Assembly (NCBI GenBank): GCA_003141835.1
Contig: PLNR01000005.1
Location: 126,289-190,288, forward strand
From: Candidatus Omnitrophota bacterium
GTDB lineage: Bacteria > Omnitrophota > Gorgyraeia > Pluralincolimonadales > Pluralincolimonadaceae
DNA length: 64,000 nucleotides
Direction: 5' to 3'
The notes under the pieces were generated by a model that worked only from the letters and a program-made list of their open reading frames with translations, searched no databases and was not told the origin of the DNA. The first letter of the stretch is position 1. Every line of letters begins with the position of its first letter. Made by a program: the position numbers and the translations under genes. Below are positions 33,349 through 43,296 of the stretch, in pieces.

Positions 33349-34300
33349 AGTCATCGGGCAGGAACTCGCCGCAGGTCTCTTGAAAAAAGCGATAGAGGAG
33401 AAACGCCTGGCGCACGCGTATCTCTTTATCGGCCCGGAAGGTGTGGGCAAGTCGCTGCTGGCGAAGGTCTTCGCCAAGGCGCTCAATTGCGAAAAAGGCG
33501 GCGCGGAACCCTGCGGGGAATGCGTATCCTGCAGGAAGATAGAGGCAAATATCCATCCCGACGCGGTCGTCCTCTCCCCGGAAGGGAAATCGTCGCAGAT
33601 AGGCATAGACGCGATCCGCAAGATAGAAGGGGCGATGTCGCTGAAGCCTTACGAGGGGCGGACCAAGGTCTTCACTATCGACGGCGCGGATAAGATGACA
33701 GAGGAAGCCGCGAACTCGCTGCTGAAGACCCTCGAGGAGCCGCCGAAAGACACGGTACTGGTGCTACTGGCCTCTAACATGTTCAAACTGCAGCCGACGA
33801 TAGTATCGCGGTGCCAGAAGATCCTCTTCCATCCGCTGGGCGAGCGCGCGATAATGAAAGAGCTCATCGAAAGATTCGGGCTCGACGAGAAGAAGGCCGC
33901 CTGTATATCGAGATTTTCCGAAGGCCGTCTCGGCAGGGCGATAGAGGTCCTCGAAGGCGAGGCGCTTGCTAAGAGGAATAAAATAGTTGACGAATTTTTG
34001 ACGCCGAAGCAGTTCGGCTATGAGGATACGTGGTTATACGGCGAGCCGCGCGATAAGATAAACGAGACGCTCAACGCCTTGGCCGTCTATTTCAGGGACC
34101 TTTTGGTCTTCAGCCTCTCAAAGGACCAGGGCCTGCTCGTAAACCTCGACAGGGCTGCCGATATTGCCCGTGATGCGGCAAAATACCCGGCCGAAAGGCT
34201 CGAGAGGATAATCGAGATAATTGCCGACACGCAGGAGCAGATAAAGAGGAACGCCAACATAAAGATCGCGCTCTCCTGCATGCGGCTTAACATAACTTAG
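33335..34300 (+). CDS. holB: DNA polymerase III delta-prime subunit
   Basis: HAYLFIGPEGVGK, CGECVSC, ANSLLKTLEEP, TIVSRC. Confidence 0.94.
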   Translation: MSFNKVIGQELAAGLLKKAIEEKRLAHAYLFIGPEGVGKSLLAKVFAKALNCEKGGAEPCGECVSCRKIEANIHPDAVVLSPEGKSSQIGIDAIRKIEGAMSLKPYEGRTKVFTIDGADKMTEEAANSLLKTLEEPPKDTVLVLLASNMFKLQPTIVSRCQKILFHPLGERAIMKELIERFGLDEKKAACISRFSEGRLGRAIEVLEGEALAKRNKIVDEFLTPKQFGYEDTWLYGEPRDKINETLNALAVYFRDLLVFSLSKDQGLLVNLDRAADIARDAAKYPAERLERIIEIIADTQEQIKRNANIKIALSCMRLNIT

Positions 34301-34311
34301 GGGAAATAAAA

Positions 34312-35133
34312 ATGTTCGAAGTTGTGCAGATAAGGTTAAGGGAAGGCGGCAAGACGTCGTTTTTTGAGCCCGGCAACACGAAACCGAAGACGGGCGAAAC
34401 GGTCATAGTCGAGGCGGACAGGGGCGTCGACTACGGCGATGTCATATCCGATATAGAATCCGTTTCCGAGATAGCGGGCGACGAGCCGATCCGCAAGGTC
34501 TTAAGGATAGCCACTGCCGGCGACCTCGACCAGATAAAGAAGAACCGCGAGAAGACGAAAGAGGCTTTCACCGCCTGCCAGAAGAAGATAATCGAGCACG
34601 GGCTGAAGATGAAACTCATCGACGCCGAATACACCTTCGACAGGTCGAAGCTTTTGTTTTATTTCACGGCAGAAGGGCGCGTCGATTTCAGGGAACTCGT
34701 AAAAGACCTCGCGCGGATATTCAAGGCGCGCATAGAGCTCAAGCAAATAGGCGTCCGAGACGAAGCGCGGCTGTTGGGCGGGTTCGGCCCGTGCGGCAAG
34801 TGCCTCTGCTGCGCGACCTTCCTCAAGGATTTCGAGCCGGTCACGATAAAGATGGCCAAGGAGCAGAACCTCCCGCTCAACCCGGCGAAGATCTCAGGCG
34901 TATGCGGCAGGCTGATGTGCTGCCTAGGCTACGAGCATAAATTATACGTCGAACTGTTGAAGGGCCTGCCGAAGGAAGGCGAAAAGGTCAACCTTGAAGG
35001 ATGCGCCGGCAAGGTCGTCTCGGTGAACGCGCTCAAGCGCTCGATAACCGTCGATTGCGGCGAGGGAAAGTTCGTCGAGCTCGGCTGCAAATGCCCCAAG
35101 GGCTGCCAAATGCACCTCAACCAGAGAAAATGA
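34312..35133 (+). CDS. PSP1/YaaT (RicT) family protein
   Basis: RVDFRELVKDLA, IGVRDEA, KISGVCGRLMCCL. Confidence 0.92.
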   Translation: MFEVVQIRLREGGKTSFFEPGNTKPKTGETVIVEADRGVDYGDVISDIESVSEIAGDEPIRKVLRIATAGDLDQIKKNREKTKEAFTACQKKIIEHGLKMKLIDAEYTFDRSKLLFYFTAEGRVDFRELVKDLARIFKARIELKQIGVRDEARLLGGFGPCGKCLCCATFLKDFEPVTIKMAKEQNLPLNPAKISGVCGRLMCCLGYEHKLYVELLKGLPKEGEKVNLEGCAGKVVSVNALKRSITVDCGEGKFVELGCKCPKGCQMHLNQRK

Positions 35134-36692
35134 AAAAGTTTTACGTCACCACAGCCATATATTACGTAAACGCGAAACCGCATATCGGCCACTGTTCTGA
35201 AAGCGCCTCCGCAGACGCGTTGGCGCGCTACCACCGGCTCAAAGGAGAAGACGTATTTTTCCTGACCGGCACGGATGAGCACGGGCAGAAAGTCGCCAAG
35301 GCCGCGCTTGAGGCTGGCAAGACTCCGAAGGAGTTCGTCGATTCGGTCGTGAAGCCTTCCCTCGAATTGTGGAAACTCCTCTCCATATCCTATGATGATT
35401 TCATAAGGACTACCGACGAGCGCCACGCCGAGGTCGTCAAATTCCTCCTCGATGACCTGCATAAAAAAGGCGAACTTTACGAATCGGAATACAAGGGATG
35501 GTATTGCAGCTCATGCGAGGCGTTCTACCCGAAGAACCAGCTTGAGGGCAGCACCTGCCCGGAATGCAAGCGCCAGCTCGAGGAGATCTCGGAGACGAAC
35601 TGGTTCTTCAAACTGTCGAAATACCAGGATTGGCTTGTAAAATATATAAATGACCATCCCGATTTCATAAAACCCGCCTCGAGGAGGAACGAGATATTGA
35701 GCTTCCTCTCCCAGCCGCTCCAGGACCTCTGCATCTCGCGCCCGAGATCGCGGCTCGAATGGGGCATCCCCATGCCTTTTTCGAAGGACCATGTCACCTA
35801 CGTCTGGTTCGACGCCCTCGTTAATTACATATCCGGCATAGGCTACCTTAATGATAAGGAAAAATTCAACAAGTTCTGGCCCGCGGACGTCCATATAGTC
35901 GGCAAGGACATAATAAGGTTCCACACGGTCTACTGGCCGATAATGCTGCATGCGGCAGGCATCGAGCTGCCGAAGACGGTCTTCGCCCACGGTTTCTGGC
36001 TTATCGGCAAGGACGCCGAGAAGATGTCCAAATCGAAGGGAAACGTGGTCGACCCGTTCGAGCTCATAAACAAATACGGCCCTGACCCGCTAAGATATTT
36101 CCTTTTGAGGGAAGTGACGTACGGCCTCGACGGGGTATATTCCGAGGCCGCGCTCGTAAGCAGGCTCAATACCGACCTTGCCAATGACATCGGCAACCTC
36201 CTTAACAGGACGCTGACGATGATAGAGAAATATTATGGAGGCAGGGTCCCTGCTCCGGCAGGGACGTCGCTGCGCTCCGAAGATCCCGGCGATGATGAAT
36301 TGAAGGCGCTCGCGAAGGGCCTTCCGGGCAGGATAGACGCGGCCATGGCAGAGCTGGATTTCTCCGGTGCTTTGGCTTCGATATGGGAGCTGATCAACAA
36401 GGCGAATAAATATATAGAGGTGCAGGCGCCGTGGACGCTCGACAAGCAGGGCAAGAAAGACCGTCTCAGCGACGTGATATATAATCTGGCCGAGATACTG
36501 AGGATAGTCACTATAGCGGTCTCGCCGTTCATCCCCGCTTCAGCGGAGAAGATGTGGGAGCAAGCCGGCATTACAGAACCGCTTTCCAAAATGCGTTTTT
36601 CCGATATAGAAAAGTGGGGCCTCGTCAAGCCGGGGACGCAGATAAAGAAAGGCGCCCCGCTCTTCCCACGCATCGACACAAAGGCGAAATGA
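35130..36692 (+). CDS. metG: Methionine--tRNA ligase
   Basis: FYVTTAIYY, HIGH, GTDEHGQK, YVWFDAL, KMSKS; true start ATG 35130. Confidence 0.96.
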   Translation: MKKFYVTTAIYYVNAKPHIGHCSESASADALARYHRLKGEDVFFLTGTDEHGQKVAKAALEAGKTPKEFVDSVVKPSLELWKLLSISYDDFIRTTDERHAEVVKFLLDDLHKKGELYESEYKGWYCSSCEAFYPKNQLEGSTCPECKRQLEEISETNWFFKLSKYQDWLVKYINDHPDFIKPASRRNEILSFLSQPLQDLCISRPRSRLEWGIPMPFSKDHVTYVWFDALVNYISGIGYLNDKEKFNKFWPADVHIVGKDIIRFHTVYWPIMLHAAGIELPKTVFAHGFWLIGKDAEKMSKSKGNVVDPFELINKYGPDPLRYFLLREVTYGLDGVYSEAALVSRLNTDLANDIGNLLNRTLTMIEKYYGGRVPAPAGTSLRSEDPGDDELKALAKGLPGRIDAAMAELDFSGALASIWELINKANKYIEVQAPWTLDKQGKKDRLSDVIYNLAEILRIVTIAVSPFIPASAEKMWEQAGITEPLSKMRFSDIEKWGLVKPGTQIKKGAPLFPRIDTKAK

Positions 36693-38068
36693 TGAGGCTC
36701 GTCGATACCCATTGCCACCTCGATTTCCCTGAGTTCGATCCCGACAGGGAAGAAGTAATAAGCAGGGCAAAGGCAGTCGGCATAGAATACATCATAAACG
36801 TCGCGAGCAGCCTCGAGGGCTCAAAAAAGTCGGTCGCGCTCGCGAATAAATATGACTGCGTATACGCCTCTGTCGGCATCCACCCTCACGACGCGAAAGA
36901 ACTCAACGAATCCTCGTTTTCCGGGATAAGGGCCCTCGCGAAAGATAAAAAGGTGGTAGCCATAGGCGAAGTCGGCCTCGATTATTACAGGAACCTCTCG
37001 CCGGCCGGCCTGCAGCAGGCCGCATTCAAGAAATTCCTCCACCTCGCCCAAGATACGGGCCTTCCGCTCATAATCCACTGCCGAGAGGCGCGCGAAGACC
37101 TCCTGAAGATAATAAAAAAAGAGATCTCCGCCCCGGTAAAGGGTGTCATCCACTGTTTTCCCGCCGATGAGGAACTCCTCAATAACGTCCTCGACCTCGG
37201 GATGTACGTCTCGTTCACCTGCAACCTCACTTTCAAGAATGCCGCCAAAGCGCGCGAAATGGTAAAAGCCCTTGTCCCGATGGACAGGATACTGGTCGAG
37301 ACCGACGCGCCGTACCTGGCGCCGGAAGGGATGCGCGGCAAGAGGAACGAGCCGTCCTATATGGTAAAAGTTGTAGAACAGATAGCGGAACTGAAAGGGA
37401 TCACCCCGGAAGACGTGGCCAGGGCGACGACAGCCAACTGCGCGCGGCTCTTCGGAGTCGGCGGCGCCCCGGAATCGGCGATAACGTATAAAATAAGGGA
37501 CTCGCTGTACATAAACCTCACCAACAGGTGCACCAGCGACTGCGAATTCTGCGTCACCAAGACGACTGATTTCGTGATGGGGCATAACCTGCGCCTTAAA
37601 GGCGAACCGTCGGCAAAAGAGATAATAGAGGAGGTCGGCGACCCGAAGAGATACGATGAGATAGTGTTCTGCGGATACGGCGAACCCACTTTACGGCTCG
37701 ATTGCTTGGTCGAGGTCGCGAAGGCCCTGAAAAAGAAGGGCGCCAAGGTCCGACTTACGACGAACGGCCACGGCAACCTAATAAATAAAAGGCGCATTGT
37801 CGACGACCTCGCCGGGCTCATTGACCGGGTAAGCGTGAGCCTTAACGCCCCGGATAAAGAGGCCTATAATAAGGTCTGCAGGCCGGCGTTCGGCCCTGAG
37901 ACTTTCAGCGAAGTGAAGAAGTTCATCTCCGAGTGCAGGGAGAGACTGCCTGAGGTCGAAGTCACCTGCGTCGATTACGAAGGCGTGGACATGAAAGAAT
38001 GCGAGAGGGTCGCGACGGAAGAGTTAAAGGTCAAATTCAGGCCGAGGAGGCTCAACGTTGTTGGATAA
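36689..38068 (+). CDS. TatD nuclease fused to a radical SAM domain
   Basis: DTHCHLD, GEVGLDY, ETDAPY, then NRCTSDCEFC (CxxxCxxC), FCGYGEPT, TNGHG. Confidence 0.9.
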   Translation: MMRLVDTHCHLDFPEFDPDREEVISRAKAVGIEYIINVASSLEGSKKSVALANKYDCVYASVGIHPHDAKELNESSFSGIRALAKDKKVVAIGEVGLDYYRNLSPAGLQQAAFKKFLHLAQDTGLPLIIHCREAREDLLKIIKKEISAPVKGVIHCFPADEELLNNVLDLGMYVSFTCNLTFKNAAKAREMVKALVPMDRILVETDAPYLAPEGMRGKRNEPSYMVKVVEQIAELKGITPEDVARATTANCARLFGVGGAPESAITYKIRDSLYINLTNRCTSDCEFCVTKTTDFVMGHNLRLKGEPSAKEIIEEVGDPKRYDEIVFCGYGEPTLRLDCLVEVAKALKKKGAKVRLTTNGHGNLINKRRIVDDLAGLIDRVSVSLNAPDKEAYNKVCRPAFGPETFSEVKKFISECRERLPEVEVTCVDYEGVDMKECERVATEELKVKFRPRRLNVVG

Positions 38069-39119
38069 GATCAGGAAATTTGCATTCGAGAACAGGGTCT
38101 ATCTCTTCTTGCTCTCCTTCATTATAGCGACCGAGATATTCCTGGTCTTGTCGCCCTCGCCGGAGAGGAAGGAGAAGCTCGCCGAGAAAAAATCGCACAA
38201 GATATTGACGGCCCAGGAGGTCCTCGCGCAGGAGGAGAGTATAAAAGAGCTGCTCGCGCGCGACAGCATGCTGGGTTTTGCGGTCACGGCCAGCACATTC
38301 TTAAGCGCCGTTGCGCTTTTGGCCGGCCTTATCATCGGGATAAGATGCATCGCCCGCAAACTTAACGGACGCGACATCATGGCCGCTTACGGCTCCCCGC
38401 CGGAAGTGCGATGGCAATTCATAGATATCTTAAGGGTGATAGTCACGTTCTATTTCTTCGCCTACCTGCTCCAGTGGATAGAGGCCGATATACTCGGCCT
38501 GATGAATATAAAGAACCCCAACGAGGTGCTCTTTGACGTGCTCAACGCGACGCTGATGGATGTCATCGGCCTCGTAATAGTCCTGTTTTTCGCGGTAAAT
38601 AAATTCAAGAGCGGCCTGGCCGGGCTGGGGCTTATCTTTAAGAACACGGCAAGGAACATGAGGCTCGCCATCGGCGGCTACTTTACGTTAATCCCCGTCC
38701 TGGCTATCATAATGATCCTGGTCTTCATCGGCATCAGGGTGTTCAGCTATGAACCTCCGGAGACGAAGGCGCTTGAGATGCTCTACGAGGCGAAGGGGAC
38801 GAAGCTCCTCTTTATCCTTACGGCGCTCGTCACGATCATCGGGCCGATAGCAGAGGAATTATTCTTCAGGGGTTTTGCGTACCCGGTATTCAGGAAGAAG
38901 ATAGGGGTGAGGAATGCGATACTGGTCGTCTCATTCATCTTCGCGATGCTGCATATGAATATCGTCTCGTTCTTCCCGATACTCGCGCTCGGCATCCTGC
39001 TGGCGTATCTTTACGAGAAGACCGGATCTATCATACCGTCGATAGCGGTGCATATAATCCATAATTCGGCCGTGATATTCTTTGTGTTCCTTTATAAACT
39101 GATCGCGATCCCCAAATAA
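38058..39119 (+). CDS. CPBP (CAAX/Abi) intramembrane metalloprotease
   Basis: PIAEELFFRG, FAMLH, HIIHN motifs. Confidence 0.9.
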   Translation: MLDKIRKFAFENRVYLFLLSFIIATEIFLVLSPSPERKEKLAEKKSHKILTAQEVLAQEESIKELLARDSMLGFAVTASTFLSAVALLAGLIIGIRCIARKLNGRDIMAAYGSPPEVRWQFIDILRVIVTFYFFAYLLQWIEADILGLMNIKNPNEVLFDVLNATLMDVIGLVIVLFFAVNKFKSGLAGLGLIFKNTARNMRLAIGGYFTLIPVLAIIMILVFIGIRVFSYEPPETKALEMLYEAKGTKLLFILTALVTIIGPIAEELFFRGFAYPVFRKKIGVRNAILVVSFIFAMLHMNIVSFFPILALGILLAYLYEKTGSIIPSIAVHIIHNSAVIFFVFLYKLIAIPK

Positions 39120-39122
39120 ACG

Positions 39123-40229
39123 ATGGGCCCAAAAGTCTCGATAGTAAAAGCGGATTCGTACGATCCCGGCAAGGTCTATGCCGCCGTCAAGAAAGCGGTG
39201 GACCTGCTCGGCGGCATCTCTTTGTTCGCCGGGCACGGCGAGACAATACTCCTGAAGCCCAACGTCCTTTCCGCGAAGCCGCCGGAATCCGGCGTCGACA
39301 CTCACCCTGAGATGATACGCGCGGTCGCGAGGCTCGTAAGGGAAGCCGGCGCAAAAGTGATCGTCGGGGATTCGCCGGGAGGGGTATACTTCAAGGACTC
39401 GGGCTCGACATATGAAACAGCAGGGATAAAGAAGGTCTGCGACGAGGAGAAGATAGAGCTCGTCGATTTCGACAGGGCAAGGAATGTCCGCGGGATGCCG
39501 ATAACCGAATGGGCTTTCGCCGCCGACGGGATAATATCCCTGCCTAAGATGAAGACGCACGGCCTGACGACGATAACCGGGGCGGTAAAGAATTCTTACG
39601 GGCTGGCGATCGGCCTTTACAAGGCGCAGTGCCATTTTAAGGCGCCGCGGCCTGAAGCGTTCAGTAAATACGTGGTCGATGTTTTTGAGGCGGCCAAACC
39701 GCGGCTCGCGATAATGGACGGCATAACGGCTATGGAAGGCGACGGGCCAGCCGCCGGAGACCTAAGGAATACGGGGCTTGTGATCGCAGGAAGCGACTGC
39801 GTGGCGATCGATTCGGTGTTTGCGAAACTTATAGGCATCGAGCCGCTTAAAGTCGGGATAACGGCCGAGGCATACAGGAGGGGGCTCGGAGAGGCGGATA
39901 TCTCGAAAATTGAGGTCGTCGGCGAAACCATCGATGCCGTAAAATTGAAGGATTTCAAGCTCCCCAAGACGTCTGTCGTAATGAAGTTGCCCGAACCGCT
40001 CCTAAAGCTTATAATAGGGGGGATAAAGTTCCTGCCGCGGATAGACGATAATCTGTGTAAGGGCTGCCTCATCTGCGAGAAGAGCTGCCCGGCCGCGGCG
40101 ATAGAGATAGGCAAAGGGCATTCGCGCATCGATTATTCGAAGTGCGTAAGGTGTTTTTGCTGCATGGAGCTTTGCCCGCACAAGGCGATACATATCAAAC
40201 GCAGCCTGCTTGCCAGGCTTATGGGATAA
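39123..40229 (+). CDS. DUF362 protein with C-terminal 2x[4Fe-4S] ferredoxin domain
   Basis: LLKPN, THP, PKMKTH, MEGDGP; CKGCLICEKSCP and CVRCFCCMELCP. Confidence 0.88.
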   Translation: MGPKVSIVKADSYDPGKVYAAVKKAVDLLGGISLFAGHGETILLKPNVLSAKPPESGVDTHPEMIRAVARLVREAGAKVIVGDSPGGVYFKDSGSTYETAGIKKVCDEEKIELVDFDRARNVRGMPITEWAFAADGIISLPKMKTHGLTTITGAVKNSYGLAIGLYKAQCHFKAPRPEAFSKYVVDVFEAAKPRLAIMDGITAMEGDGPAAGDLRNTGLVIAGSDCVAIDSVFAKLIGIEPLKVGITAEAYRRGLGEADISKIEVVGETIDAVKLKDFKLPKTSVVMKLPEPLLKLIIGGIKFLPRIDDNLCKGCLICEKSCPAAAIEIGKGHSRIDYSKCVRCFCCMELCPHKAIHIKRSLLARLMG

Positions 40230-40233
40230 AACA

Positions 40234-41271
40234 ATGGCTATCCAGACGATAAGATGGGACGCCCAAAAGTCGGGCGGGGCAATAAAGATAATAGACCAGA
40301 CCCTGCTCCCGAACAAGCTTGTCTACTTGAAGTTCCGCGACGTGAAGGATTTCTGGCATGCGATAAAGAAACTGCAGGTGCGCGGGGCGCCGGCATTGGG
40401 CGTGGCCGCCGCATACGGGGCTTATTTGGGGGTACAAAAATCGCACGCCAAAAACTACAATGAATTTATCCGGGAACTGGACCGCGTCATAAAATTCATC
40501 GGCTCGGCCAGGCCGACCGCGGTGAATCTTTTTTGGGGCCTCGACAGGATCCGCGCCGCCGCCGTAAAAAATAAGAGAAAAACTATTCCGGAGATAAAAA
40601 AGGCCCTGCTCGCCGAGGCGCATAAAGTATACGAGGAGGACAGGGCGATATGCAGGAAGATGGCCGGATACGGAGCGCGGCTGATCAAAAACGGCGATGT
40701 CATATTGACGCACTGCAACGCCGGCGCGCTGGCGACTGCCGATTACGGCACCGCGCTTGGCGTAATTTATATGGCGAAGGAACAGGGCAAGCGCGTAAAG
40801 GTATATGCCGATGAGACGCGGCCGCTTTTGCAGGGCGCGCGCCTTACGGCGTGGGAACTGATGCGGGAAGGGATAGATGTGACGCTCATCTGCGATAACA
40901 TGGCCGCCCATGTCATGAGCCAGGGCAAGGTGACGAAGGTCATTGTCGGCGCCGACAGGATCACCAAAAACGGCGACGCGGCGAACAAGATCGGCACTTA
41001 CGGCGTGGCGGTCCTCGCGAAATACCACAAGATACCTTTTTATGTAGTCGCGCCGGTCTCGACGATAGATTTCAACCTTACATACGGAAAGGACATCCCG
41101 ATCGAAGAGAGGCACGGGGATGAGATCACGACTATCCGCGGGAATCTTCTCGCGCCGAAAGGGGTAAAGACATATTGTCCGGCATTCGACGTCACGCCGG
41201 CAGCGCTCATTACCGCGATTGTAACGGAAAAAGGGGTTTTTAAGCCGGATGAAATTAAAAAGATTAGGTGA
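40234..41271 (+). CDS. mtnA: S-methyl-5-thioribose-1-phosphate isomerase
   Basis: VRGAPA, RPTAVNL, THCNAG, ETRPLLQGARLT, NKIGTY. Confidence 0.95.
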   Translation: MAIQTIRWDAQKSGGAIKIIDQTLLPNKLVYLKFRDVKDFWHAIKKLQVRGAPALGVAAAYGAYLGVQKSHAKNYNEFIRELDRVIKFIGSARPTAVNLFWGLDRIRAAAVKNKRKTIPEIKKALLAEAHKVYEEDRAICRKMAGYGARLIKNGDVILTHCNAGALATADYGTALGVIYMAKEQGKRVKVYADETRPLLQGARLTAWELMREGIDVTLICDNMAAHVMSQGKVTKVIVGADRITKNGDAANKIGTYGVAVLAKYHKIPFYVVAPVSTIDFNLTYGKDIPIEERHGDEITTIRGNLLAPKGVKTYCPAFDVTPAALITAIVTEKGVFKPDEIKKIR

Positions 41272-42163
41272 GACAGGGCTTATAGAGCGGCTCGCGAAGA
41301 ATTTTAAGGCGGGCAAGGATATCATCCGCGGCATCGGCGACGATTGCGCCGTGATACGCATATCAAATAAAAAATACCTGCTCATTACTATCGACATGCT
41401 CCTTGAGGACGTGGATTTTAAATTAAAGGACGCGGCGGCTTTCCAGATAGGATGGAAGTCGCTCGCTTGCGGCTTAAGCGATATCGCCTCGATGGGCGGT
41501 ACGGCGAAATACGCGGTCGTCTCTTTAGGCCTTCCGAAGAAGCTTAGCGTCGAATTCATAGACGAGATCTACCGAGGGATAAAAGCGCTTGCCAAAAGGT
41601 TCGATGTCGAGATAGTCGGCGGCGACACAAACTCTTCGCGCAAGTTGGTAATAGACGTCGCAGTCCTCGGGTTCACGGAACCGGATAAGATAGCGTTCAG
41701 GAGCGGCGCGAGGCCCGGCGATATAATATGCGTGACAGGCGCGCTCGGCGGCTCATATAAGAGCAAGAGGCACCTTGTTTTTACGCCGCGGCTTAAAGAA
41801 GCGCAGTACCTGGTAAATAATTTCAAAATAACATCGATGATAGATATCTCGGACGGGCTTTCGACCGACTTAAGCCATATCGCGAAGGCGAGCGGGGTAG
41901 GCGCCTGCATATATGAGGAACTGGTACCGGTCTCAAAGGGCGCCAGGGGCGTAAAAGCGGCCTTGAACGAAGGCGAGGATTTCGAGTTGTTGTTTACGAT
42001 GCCGCTGGCCGAGGCGCGCAGGCTTGCCCGGAAGAACATGGAATTGAACGGCGTGAGGATATCGCAGATCGGCGAGATACTCGATAAAAAGATCGGCGTG
42101 AAGATAATAGCCCCGGACGGGACGACGAAAGAACTCAAGCCAAAAGGATTTTCCCATTTTTAG
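41249..42163 (+). CDS. thiL: Thiamine-monophosphate kinase
   Basis: GIGDDCA, SDIASMGG, GGDT, DISDGL, GEDFELL. Confidence 0.95.
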   Translation: MKLKRLGETGLIERLAKNFKAGKDIIRGIGDDCAVIRISNKKYLLITIDMLLEDVDFKLKDAAAFQIGWKSLACGLSDIASMGGTAKYAVVSLGLPKKLSVEFIDEIYRGIKALAKRFDVEIVGGDTNSSRKLVIDVAVLGFTEPDKIAFRSGARPGDIICVTGALGGSYKSKRHLVFTPRLKEAQYLVNNFKITSMIDISDGLSTDLSHIAKASGVGACIYEELVPVSKGARGVKAALNEGEDFELLFTMPLAEARRLARKNMELNGVRISQIGEILDKKIGVKIIAPDGTTKELKPKGFSHF

Positions 42164-42583
42164 ATGAATTTCACGACAGCGAACGCTGAAGAGACGATAA
42201 AATTAGGGGAGAAGATAGCCAAGCGGCTCAAGCCCGGAGACCTGGTCGCGCTCTCAGGCGAGCTGGGCGCGGGCAAGACGACCCTGGTCAAGGGGATAGC
42301 CAAGGGCCTCGGCGTAAAGAATTACAGGTACGTCAACAGCCCGTCGTTCGTCCTCGTCAAGGAATATAAAGGAAAGATCCCGCTTTTTCATTTCGATATC
42401 TACCGCCTGAATAATTTAAAGGATATCGAGGATATCGGTTACGAGGATTACCTCGCCCGCGACGGCGTCATCGTCATCGAATGGTCCTCCAAAATGGCCC
42501 GCATATTGCCAAAAAGGCATTTAGATGTCGCGTTGAAGATAAAAAGTCCCGGCAAACGGACGATCATCATAAAGGAAGCATGA
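42164..42583 (+). CDS. tsaE: tRNA t6A biosynthesis ATPase TsaE
   Basis: GELGAGKTT, SPSF, HFDIYRL, IEW. Confidence 0.94.
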   Translation: MNFTTANAEETIKLGEKIAKRLKPGDLVALSGELGAGKTTLVKGIAKGLGVKNYRYVNSPSFVLVKEYKGKIPLFHFDIYRLNNLKDIEDIGYEDYLARDGVIVIEWSSKMARILPKRHLDVALKIKSPGKRTIIIKEA

Positions 42584-43296
42584 ATATCCTTGCGTTAGAC
42601 ACCACATCAAAATATTTATCCCTCGCGATCGCGAAAAATGATAATATCATCGCGGCTTTCCACCGGGTGATGGACCAGAGGCAGTGCGAACAGCTTTTGC
42701 CGCAGATAGACAAGCTTCTTAAAAAGGCGAAAGTGAAACTGAAGGATATCGACTGCATAGCGTTCTCGAAGGGGCCGGGTTCGCTGACCGCCCTGCGCAT
42801 CGGCGCGGCGACGGTGAAAGGGTTTGCGCTCGGCGCAAACCCCATCTTTTCGCGAAAAGATGGGGCAGGTATAAAGATCGCAGGGGTCCCGACTCTCGAC
42901 GCGCTAGCGCATAATATAAAAGAGGGAGGTAAGCTGATAGTCCCGATTATCGACGCGCGCCGCGGCAACGTTTACGCGTCGGCATATTCCTTCAAAAAAG
43001 GTAAACTGCGCCGGATCTTAAAATATTCGGTTGCCCCTGTCGCCGATCTGCTTAAGTCGATAAAGGGCGACGCGGTCTTTTTGGGCGACGGGCTGGCCGC
43101 TTACAGGAAAACGATAGAAGATAATTTTAAATATAACGCCGGATTCGCCCCGGAGAAACAGTGGTATCCCAGCGCGGTGACGATCGCACATCTCGGTTAT
43201 GAACTGGCAAAAAATAAAAAATTCGAAGAGACGGATAAATTCGTGCCGATGTATTTATATCCAAAGGACGTCCAGGTGAGGGACCTTAAAAAATGA
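42580..43296 (+). CDS. tsaB: tRNA t6A biosynthesis protein TsaB
   Basis: ILALDTT, GPGSLTALRIG, DARRGNVY, PMYL; ATG 42580. Confidence 0.92.
   Translation: MNILALDTTSKYLSLAIAKNDNIIAAFHRVMDQRQCEQLLPQIDKLLKKAKVKLKDIDCIAFSKGPGSLTALRIGAATVKGFALGANPIFSRKDGAGIKIAGVPTLDALAHNIKEGGKLIVPIIDARRGNVYASAYSFKKGKLRRILKYSVAPVADLLKSIKGDAVFLGDGLAAYRKTIEDNFKYNAGFAPEKQWYPSAVTIAHLGYELAKNKKFEETDKFVPMYLYPKDVQVRDLKK
42840..42865. repeat. Perfect 26-bp palindrome inside tsaB
   Basis: CCCCATCTTTTCG/CGAAAAGATGGGG. Confidence 0.9.

Noticed and set aside
40219-41559. Long antisense and alternate-frame ORFs (also 22580-23794, 28112-29452, 59957-61117)
   Set aside because: They shadow well-identified genes, lack motifs, and are expected from GC-rich codon bias
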